The notes beneath the pieces were generated by a model. The model did not search any database, had not been told where the DNA came from, and was given only the letters and a program-made list of their open reading frames with translations. Below, one piece after another: positions 8,382-15,116 of a DNA stretch of 54,928 bases; positions within the stretch are counted from its first letter, which is position 1; every line of letters begins with the position of its first letter. Source of the stretch: a virus (lineage: Duplodnaviria > Caudoviricetes); the IMG/VR virus record IMGVR_UViG_3300043409_000503, positions 1 through 54,928 of that record, one strand, 5' to 3'. Position numbers and translations under genes: made by a program.

Positions 8382-8587
8382 CAATCGACATGAAAAAAAT
8401 ATGGTTTGTAGACGGACAAATAATTGAGGAACAAATACCTGAAGAAAAAATTTATTGGCAAAGCCTTACCAAAACAGATATTGACAAGGCATGGGAATGG
8501 GCACAAAAAAGCTCACCTTACGGGGTAACCCGTATCGAAACATTTGCCAGAGCTATCGAAGCCAAGCTAAAGGAGAAGAACACATGA
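8378..8587 (+). CDS. Hypothetical cassette protein (WQSLT...FARAIEAKLKEKNT)
   Basis: ATGA overlap; AAGGAG RBS inside repeat. Confidence 0.75.
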   Translation: MTIDMKKIWFVDGQIIEEQIPEEKIYWQSLTKTDIDKAWEWAQKSSPYGVTRIETFARAIEAKLKEKNT

Positions 8588-8745
8588 CAATGCACACTTA
8601 CCCGCTAAACGATTTGCGCGAACATGAAACTGATAAAGGTGCATTTTGCTGGTGCAGACCGGAGTACGACGAGGAGTATGACTTGTACGTACATAGAAGC
8701 ATGGATGGGCGCGAAGAATACGAAGAAGGAAGGAAGCCGACATGA
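8584..8745 (+). CDS. Small Cys/His protein (PLNDLREH...CWC), paralog of 9004-9204
   Basis: ATGA overlap; paralogy. Confidence 0.75.
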   Translation: MTMHTYPLNDLREHETDKGAFCWCRPEYDEEYDLYVHRSMDGREEYEEGRKPT

Positions 8746-8990
8746 ATGAACAAATTAAACAACTTGCTAAACAGGCAGGATTTTACAAGTACGGTGATGA
8801 TTTTGAAGACATAATAGAAAAATTCGCCGAGTTGATTGTGCTGGAATGTATGCGTATGTGTGAGGTTACGGAGATGAGTTTTGTGACTCATGGTTGTGAT
8901 GTTGAGGCATCGGGTGCAATTACGGTTAGAAAATTTATTGCTGAACATTTTGAAGTTGGAGATATACCCGAGCCATCGAAGCCAAATTAA
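8742..8990 (+). CDS. Hypothetical protein (MNEQIKQLAKQAG...EKFAELIV)
   Basis: ATGA overlap, AAGGA RBS. Confidence 0.75.
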   Translation: MNEQIKQLAKQAGFYKYGDDFEDIIEKFAELIVLECMRMCEVTEMSFVTHGCDVEASGAITVRKFIAEHFEVGDIPEPSKPN

Positions 8991-9003
8991 GGGAGAAGAA
9001 CAC

Positions 9004-9204
9004 ATGACATGGCAAGTATGGACAAACATAATGCAGAAGAACGGGGCTTCAACTCATGTGGTTCCGTTAAACGATCTTCGAGAACACGCAGAAGAAGCGA
9101 CGTGCTGGTGTAACCCGCGAGTTGACGAGGAGTTGAATTTAGTTACGCACAACAGCGCAGACAATAGAGAGGCGTTTGAAACAGGGGAAAGGAAGCCGAC
9201 ATGA
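9004..9204 (+). CDS. Small Cys/His protein (PLNDLREH...CWC), paralog of 8584-8745
   Basis: GGGAG RBS inside repeat; paralogy. Confidence 0.75.
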   Translation: MTWQVWTNIMQKNGASTHVVPLNDLREHAEEATCWCNPRVDEELNLVTHNSADNREAFETGERKPT

Positions 9205-9440
9205 ATTGCAAAGACGATGTTGAGGAAAAGTTTATAAAAGATTGGAACGAAGGCAAAGTGCGGCGCGTGTCTGACGGTAAAAGAATGGTTCCAGAGCGCG
9301 AATGGCAGGGGCTGACGGATGGTGAGAGAGAACAAATTGAAATAAAAGCTAACGACAAGAGTGAGATGACGGCTTGGGAATACGCACATCGTGTCGGTAA
9401 CTTTACAGAAGCCAAGCTAAAGGAGAAGAACAGTGGATAA
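9201..9440 (+). CDS. Hypothetical cassette protein (REWQGLTD...EAKLKEKN)
   Basis: ATGA overlap; shared modules. Confidence 0.75.
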   Translation: MNCKDDVEEKFIKDWNEGKVRRVSDGKRMVPEREWQGLTDGEREQIEIKANDKSEMTAWEYAHRVGNFTEAKLKEKNSG

Positions 9441-9690
9441 GAATATATGCGGCATCTGTCGGGACGGGCTTGTTTATGAAGTCACCAGAGTAAATGACGA
9501 GTACAAAGTCAAAACTGGAAAAGCGTTTGCAATAGACCTGACAAACCCGTTGAAGACTATAGATAGCACAGTCGGGGGGATGCACCGTAAGCAGTTGCAC
9601 GACTTGCTAGATGAGTGGATTGATAATGCGCTAAAAGATATGACGGGTACTAACGGCCTAGCCTCAGGCCGGTTTCCCTGTGACCACTAG
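9433..9690 (+). CDS. Hypothetical protein
   Basis: GTG start after AAGGAG in repeat. Confidence 0.65.
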   Translation: MDKNICGICRDGLVYEVTRVNDEYKVKTGKAFAIDLTNPLKTIDSTVGGMHRKQLHDLLDEWIDNALKDMTGTNGLASGRFPCDH

Positions 9691-9744
9691 GTAGCCAGAC
9701 CAATTAACTGCCTAGTAAATTAATTATACTGTAAGGAAAAAAAT

Positions 9745-10083
9745 ATGAGCGACTGGATGACTGAAGAGTACGGGTTCCCGCACAAGGATGGCAAGGTGAG
9801 ATGGTACGTAGTTGGCGCGGAGGAAGATGTTTATGGATACCTTGGCTGGTACGACATGACTGATTGGGACAAAGGGCTTGAAGAGGTTCTGTTTGATGCA
9901 AGGCAAATCGTACAAGTCGCAAACGGGGGGCTTGATTTTCAAGTCTTACGACATGATCAAATTATTACTTTAGCAAATAATGTTAAATGGGCATTAGAGG
10001 ATGCGTTAGTAGTTCCAGGAGAAACCACGTTTAATTATTGGTATAAGAGGAAAGAAGCATTAAAAGGGGATTCTCAAGAATGA
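9745..10083 (+). CDS. Hypothetical protein
   Basis: TAAGGA RBS. Confidence 0.75.
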   Translation: MSDWMTEEYGFPHKDGKVRWYVVGAEEDVYGYLGWYDMTDWDKGLEEVLFDARQIVQVANGGLDFQVLRHDQIITLANNVKWALEDALVVPGETTFNYWYKRKEALKGDSQE

Positions 10084-10316
10084 GACCGCATGCACTGCTG
10101 GACTATTTGATTGAGAACCGTTGGGCAGATGGTGACCGGGACTTAGTAGAGTTACTAGACATGCCACGCTCTACGATTAGCAAGATTAGGCACCGTAACG
10201 CAATTGTTAACCCAACCCACATCCTGAGTATTTATGACGCGACGAACTTGAGCATTGACGAAATTAGGGGGCTCATTGACAAGGCATCGAAGGAGACAAA
10301 TGATGAAGACGAGTGA
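10080..10316 (+). CDS. HTH DNA-binding protein
   Basis: DRDLVELLDMPRSTISKIRH HTH-like segment. Confidence 0.7.
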   Translation: MRPHALLDYLIENRWADGDRDLVELLDMPRSTISKIRHRNAIVNPTHILSIYDATNLSIDEIRGLIDKASKETNDEDE

Positions 10317-10398
10317 TACAATGAAACCTAAGCCGTGGGAGATTGTAGTGGCCACAGTATCAATTGTGCTGCTGTTCCTTTTGGCTGCATTACTTTAA
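10300..10398 (+). CDS. Small membrane peptide, 32 aa
   Basis: Manual translation; AAGGAG RBS; hydrophobic C-terminus. Confidence 0.5.
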   Translation: MMKTSDTMKPKPWEIVVATVSIVLLFLLAALL

Positions 10399-10431
10399 CC
10401 TTTAAGGCGTCCTATAAGGGGTCCTTGAAGG
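10399..10431. repeat. Three CCTnnAAGG near-palindromes at 12-bp period
   Basis: CCTTTAAGG 10399, CCTATAAGG 10411, CCTTGAAGG 10423. Confidence 0.7.
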
Positions 10432-10498
10432 CTACCGGTGGTCTGGAGTTTGCCTTGGTCGGTTTCGCTGGGCCTGACACCTCGGAAAGACGGGGGAC

Positions 10499-10527
10499 TT
10501 GACAGTATTAGTCTGGGCAATTAATAT
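10499..10527 (+). promoter_or_regulatory. Strong sigma70 promoter upstream of packaging/late operon
   Basis: TTGACA-17 bp-TAATAT. Confidence 0.8.
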
Positions 10528-10533
10528 TCACAT

Positions 10534-10900
10534 ATCCAATTGGGTGGTGCCGATTGGTAGTTTCCAACAACGAGAGAATGCCCTGATAAGGCAGGCTTCG
10601 TCAAAGCTTCGAGAATGTGGTTGGACACACTCTCATAAGCGGCCAACCAAGCCTAAAGCCTCCTTTTCAGGGCTTTTTTATTGGTGGCTGCCGATAGACA
10701 TGCGGTACGTCGGTGGTGTCTTGGTACTACTCTGCTACACGAGCAAGCCAGAGCAGAGACGGTGGGCGAATCCTAGAGCCGGGTGGTTGAGAATAGTCTG
10801 GGATGCTGTGCGACGGGGATGGCTCCGGGCGACAGAAAAGCGAGTCCGTTTCATTACGGTATGGGCTTGCTTTGCTCTAAGGATTCACCAAGCGACACCC
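10534..10900 (+). ncRNA. Candidate structured leader RNA (two multi-stem domains)
   Basis: Helices 10536-43:10550-57, 10580-98:10656-73, 10611-19:10626-34, 10715-25:10887-99, 10730-36:10752-58, 10768-79:10874-86, 10838-47:10863-72. Confidence 0.55.
10580..10679 (+). terminator. Terminator/attenuator-like long stem followed by U6
   Basis: GCCCTGATAAGGCAGGCTT pairs with AAGCCTCCTTTTCAGGGC, then TTTTTT. Confidence 0.5.
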
Positions 10901-10947
10901 TCAAAAAGCCTATAAGGCACAAACGACTACCTTCACAAGGGAAAGAG

Positions 10948-11112
10948 ATGAAACCACTTACAGAAGCCCAGATCCAAGAGCTATACGACATAGCCGCAAT
11001 GGAAGCCTGGAAGACCTTCGCAGCCTACCCGCCAGAAATATTCCCCATCATCTTCGCCAGAGCTATCGAGTCCTATCACGGGATAGAAGATAGACAAGCC
11101 CCAGAAGCGTAA
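10948..11112 (+). CDS. Hypothetical protein (KPLTEAQI...FARAIE), related to 8.1-9.4 kb cassette proteins
   Basis: AAGGGA RBS; GCCAGAGCTATCGA shared with the 8378-8587 gene. Confidence 0.65.
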   Translation: MKPLTEAQIQELYDIAAMEAWKTFAAYPPEIFPIIFARAIESYHGIEDRQAPEA

Positions 11113-11138
11113 GTACACTGCGACCAAAGGAGCACACT

Positions 11139-11621
11139 ATGGCCAAGATGGGAAGACCCAGCATATACAACGCTGAACTAGCTGCGAGTATCCTAATTAG
11201 GATCAGTAACGGCGAGTCGCTGCGTAGTATTACGAAGGACGAGGGGATGCCGACGCAAAGCTCGGTGTACCTGTGGTTGCTACAAAAGCCAGACTTCTCA
11301 GAGCAATATACGCGTGCACGGGAGGAGCAGGCTGATACTTTAGCTGACGAGATCCTAGCTATTGCTGATGAGACGCCCGACTCTGTGACTGACGAGAAGG
11401 GGATTAGCCGCACCGATTCTGGCTGGGTAACCTGGCAGCGGAACCGCGTTGACGCCAGGAAATGGGTAGCCAGCAAGCTCAAGCCGAAGAAGTATGGCGA
11501 GGCCCTCAAGGTCGGTGGTGACAAGGATAACCCATTAGCGGTGACGGTGGGGACTGAGGTCTTCGATAGCGTGCTAGAGAACCTAGCGCTGCAGAAGCAA
11601 CTGCAGAAGCCTAAAAAATGA
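11139..11621 (+). CDS. terS: Terminase small subunit (Sf6/P22-like)
   Basis: GRPSIY...GESLRSI...MP...QYTRARE...RKWVASKLKPKKYG; precedes TerL. Confidence 0.9.
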   Translation: MAKMGRPSIYNAELAASILIRISNGESLRSITKDEGMPTQSSVYLWLLQKPDFSEQYTRAREEQADTLADEILAIADETPDSVTDEKGISRTDSGWVTWQRNRVDARKWVASKLKPKKYGEALKVGGDKDNPLAVTVGTEVFDSVLENLALQKQLQKPKK

Positions 11622-13039
11622 GTGACCTGGCCGAGATACTGAAAGACGAGACGGTTCGTCGTCAGTTCATGGCAATGCCCCCGGCGCAACGGGCGGCTTA
11701 CGGCTGGAGGATGCAGTGGCTATCTAAAGCCCACAGGCATCAGATATTACCTAATGGGGACTGGTGGAGTGTTTGGCTTCTATTAGCGGGGAGAGGCGCC
11801 GGCAAGACCCGCACGGCGGCTGAGCAGCTGGCCTGGTGGGCCTGGACCGAGCCTAACACTAGATGGTTAGTCGGGGCGCCAACGAGCGCTGATGTGCGTG
11901 CTACCTGCTTCGAGGGGGATAGCGGCTTGATGTCAGTTATCCCGCCGATCCTAATTAAAGACTACAACCGCGCCTTCCACGAGATCACACTGATTAACGG
12001 TAGCCTGATCAAGGGCATCCCGGCGAGTGAGCCTGAGCGCTTCCGCGGTCCGCAGTTCCACGGCGGCTGGTGCGACGAGCTGGCGGCCTGGGATTACCTC
12101 GACGCCGCCTGGGACCAGATTAATTTTAGCGTCCGACTCGGTAAGCATACCAGGCTGATCTGCACAACGACCCCGCGGCCGAAGGACCTGATCATCGACC
12201 TCATTAGCCGTGACGGGGACGACGTTGTTGTTACAACGGCATCGACCTACGACAACATATCGAACCTGTCGAACAATTTCCAAAAACAAATCCTGCAATA
12301 CGAGGGCACCAAGCTTGGCAGGCAGGAGATCTACGCCGAGATCCTGGACCCTGAGGAATCTGGCATCGTCAAGCGGGAGATGTTCAAGCTCTGGCCTAAC
12401 GGCAAGGAGTTCCCCAAATTCGAGTACATCATCCAGAGCTACGACTGCGCCTATAGCGAGAAGACGGTCAACGACCCGACGGCATGCATCACGTTCGGCA
12501 TGTTTAAACCGCTGGACGGTCCAATGTCCGTGATGGTGATCGACGCTTGGCAGGACCGGCTGCAGTACCCAGACCTGCGCCCGAAGGTCATCGACGAGTA
12601 CGACACGATATTCGGTGAAGGTAAAGATAAGAAGCGGGTTGACCTAATCTTAGTTGAGGACAAGAGCGCCGGCATCAGTCTTATACAGGACCTGCAACGA
12701 GCCCACCTGCCTGTCCGTGCCTACAACCCTGGCCGCGCTGACAAGATGCAGCGGCTCAACATTGTCTCCAACATCATCGCCAGGGGCCGTGTCTGGATCC
12801 CTGAGAGCAGCATCCGCAAGGGCTACGTGCGAGACTGGGCAGAGGGCTTTGTTAGCCAGATCTGCAGCTTTCCTGAGGCCACGCACGATGACTTCGTGGA
12901 CGCGTGTACCCAGGCTTTACGCTACCTGCGTGACGCCGGCTGGCTAGAGATTGACGCGCCGCCGCGAGATGACTATGACGAAGAGGACCTGATCGACTCG
13001 GGCATGATGACCACGCGTGTTAACCCCTACGCCGTATAG
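11618..13039 (+). CDS. terL: Terminase large subunit
   Basis: Walker A AGRGAGKT, Walker B WCDE, TTTP, nuclease SYD...EDK...HDDFVDA. Confidence 0.96.
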   Translation: MSDLAEILKDETVRRQFMAMPPAQRAAYGWRMQWLSKAHRHQILPNGDWWSVWLLLAGRGAGKTRTAAEQLAWWAWTEPNTRWLVGAPTSADVRATCFEGDSGLMSVIPPILIKDYNRAFHEITLINGSLIKGIPASEPERFRGPQFHGGWCDELAAWDYLDAAWDQINFSVRLGKHTRLICTTTPRPKDLIIDLISRDGDDVVVTTASTYDNISNLSNNFQKQILQYEGTKLGRQEIYAEILDPEESGIVKREMFKLWPNGKEFPKFEYIIQSYDCAYSEKTVNDPTACITFGMFKPLDGPMSVMVIDAWQDRLQYPDLRPKVIDEYDTIFGEGKDKKRVDLILVEDKSAGISLIQDLQRAHLPVRAYNPGRADKMQRLNIVSNIIARGRVWIPESSIRKGYVRDWAEGFVSQICSFPEATHDDFVDACTQALRYLRDAGWLEIDAPPRDDYDEEDLIDSGMMTTRVNPYAV

Positions 13040-13099
13040 TCGGTAGACGGGTAACGGAGACCCCATGATAATTGACAGACTTACTATGTGGAGCTGACG

Positions 13100-15073
13100 A
13101 TGGACTTACGCGAATGGTATCAAGCCGGGAACCACCTGCCTAATATGGCCAAGGGCGGGAAAGCCAAGAAGGACATGCGCCGTGTATCTGACGGCCCTAT
13201 TGGTGACTCCCTAAGCGACCTTGAACTTGATGACTTCCTAAGCGATCGTGAACTTGATGAGTTACGTAAGCGCATGGCAGAGACAGACGCCAAGATTAAA
13301 GACCTAGAGCCGGTGCCGACAGAGGTTGAGACGGGCAGCGACCCGATGCTGCGAGATGTTTACCCGCGGCTCAAGCGTGAGATGGAAGCCAATCCGCACC
13401 TATATCAGTATGGGACAGCGGATAAAAAAGACCCGTCGTTCAGACGCCCGATGCTTCGTAAGCCTGCTGGCCGTCCAGACGACGTGATCCCAGATCGCCT
13501 CGACAACGATTGGCTTGAGTACCAACTACGTCCGCGTGGCCAGACCGACTTCTCAGATAAGCTCCCGCCAGGCATGGAGTTGCCAATCGGGAAGGTGCGC
13601 TCGGCCCTCGAAGACCCATCCGAATACTACGCCAAGGGCGGTGAGGTGTCTGGCCCGAAAGGGTTCGGACTCGCTGACGTAGCCCCGTTCGTGAGCCCAA
13701 TGAGCATGAAGACCGGTGGCCAGGCTCGGACACGGGCAGGCACCATCGCTAAGCCGACGTTCATTGACGAGCAACTAGGCCGGACATCGGAGCGCCTATC
13801 TAAGCTTGCTACGGACCCTGAGCAGGCTATGAGGGATATCGCCGCTCAGTACTTCCCGTCGCCCACAGAGAGCCCAGAAGAGCAGCAGCGCAAGCTCGAG
13901 GAACTAGCGTTAGGCTTCACTGGCAGCATCAAGTCTGTTAAAGGTGCGCCAGCGGTTAAAGCGGCTAAGGCTCCCAAGATTAAGCAGACGGTAACGGATC
14001 CTCAGCGGATCGCCTTCCCTGGTATTTATCAGCGCCCTGATGTGATCGCTGCCGAGGCCGCATCCCGTGTAGCGCCTGAGAGCCCAAACCTAAAGAACAT
14101 CTTCGGTGTGACCCGAGAGGACTTGTTCCAGATGGGCAAAGGCCGTGAAGGCAACCTGCCTGGTGAGTTACCCGGTGCAACAGCAAACCCCCGCGGCTCA
14201 AAGGCTGCTGCCGGAGTAATGAACAAGAAGAACGAGCAGCGCATTATTGACGCTATGGCTGAGGCTGAGAAGCATCCTGCGTTAGTCCAAGGCATGGACC
14301 CGTGGTACGTGATGGACCCTGTCTTCCAGCGCATGGTCAAGCTTCTGGGTAAAGACCGAGCGATTGTAGAGTACCAGCGACTGAACACGTTGATGGGCAT
14401 GGCTTCCCCAGGCAGTGAGGTATTGACTGAGATCCCCCGCGGGACTGCGGCCAACATGCTCTACAAGCAGGGCCGTTTCCCAGAGTTTGTTGAGCATCTT
14501 GGCAAGCCTGCGTCACAAAGGTCAACGGTGCCAAAGGATATCGTAAATGTCCCTGGCCATATGTACCACAAGACAGCGCAGGCTATCCCGATGGAGCAAT
14601 ATCTTCAGACAGGCGCGTTGCAGATGGATAGTCCTAAAGTTCCTATGTACATTGAGGCAAGCGGCGTCCCAGAGACTGGCTTCCAGACTCGGACTCCGGT
14701 AGGTGATGCGCACTGGAGCCGTGCCGTCGGATTAGCTGATACCCGAGGCGCTAGGATGCTCAAGGGCAAGCCTGTTATCCCTGGTGCCAGCGTGTCCACG
14801 CCTGAGATGCAAGCCTTAGCCCCGTGGTGGCAACAAAACATTGCCGCCCCACTAGGCCTTGAGTCTGTCCCTGCACAGGCAAGGGCATGGGGGACATTCT
14901 CTGGCCAGACCGGCGTAACAACACCTATTGGTGCCCCGAAGATTGAGCTCCTAGCTGACAAGATCGCTGAGACTTCGCGCCGACTGGGTATCTCACTAGA
15001 GCAAGCAAGAGACAGAGTCCTGATGGGTGAGGCCTATGCCGGCAAGAAAAAGGGCGGCTTAGCTCATATTTAA
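13100..15073 (+). CDS. Modular protein with [MY]xxGG linkers and C-terminal putative HhH-GPD-like (DUF7178-like) domain
   Basis: ATG 13100 with GGAG RBS (GTG 13088 alternative); WY...ASP...PKV...VGDAHW...QARAW pattern. Confidence 0.6.
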   Translation: MDLREWYQAGNHLPNMAKGGKAKKDMRRVSDGPIGDSLSDLELDDFLSDRELDELRKRMAETDAKIKDLEPVPTEVETGSDPMLRDVYPRLKREMEANPHLYQYGTADKKDPSFRRPMLRKPAGRPDDVIPDRLDNDWLEYQLRPRGQTDFSDKLPPGMELPIGKVRSALEDPSEYYAKGGEVSGPKGFGLADVAPFVSPMSMKTGGQARTRAGTIAKPTFIDEQLGRTSERLSKLATDPEQAMRDIAAQYFPSPTESPEEQQRKLEELALGFTGSIKSVKGAPAVKAAKAPKIKQTVTDPQRIAFPGIYQRPDVIAAEAASRVAPESPNLKNIFGVTREDLFQMGKGREGNLPGELPGATANPRGSKAAAGVMNKKNEQRIIDAMAEAEKHPALVQGMDPWYVMDPVFQRMVKLLGKDRAIVEYQRLNTLMGMASPGSEVLTEIPRGTAANMLYKQGRFPEFVEHLGKPASQRSTVPKDIVNVPGHMYHKTAQAIPMEQYLQTGALQMDSPKVPMYIEASGVPETGFQTRTPVGDAHWSRAVGLADTRGARMLKGKPVIPGASVSTPEMQALAPWWQQNIAAPLGLESVPAQARAWGTFSGQTGVTTPIGAPKIELLADKIAETSRRLGISLEQARDRVLMGEAYAGKKKGGLAHI

Positions 15074-15116
15074 GCTAACAGCGGCATTAACAAATTAACT
15101 ATTGTCTGGAACTGTT

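Larger units (their letters stand above)
8346..9432 (+). repeat. Four dispersed gene-boundary repeats, consensus GAAGCCAAGCTAAAGGAGAAGAACA(CATGA)
   Basis: Copies at about 8346-8385, 8552-8591, 8972-9009 and 9408-9432. Confidence 0.9.

Noticed and set aside
8346-9432. CRISPR-like array
   Set aside because: Repeats are degenerate, protein-coding and separated by 200-440 bp of genes; no cas operon.
10499-10915. 138-aa ORF and the extended 10783 start in the ORF track
   Set aside because: The start codon is the -35 box itself, there is no RBS, and the region is dominated by base-paired structure; only 10948-11112 has a credible RBS.
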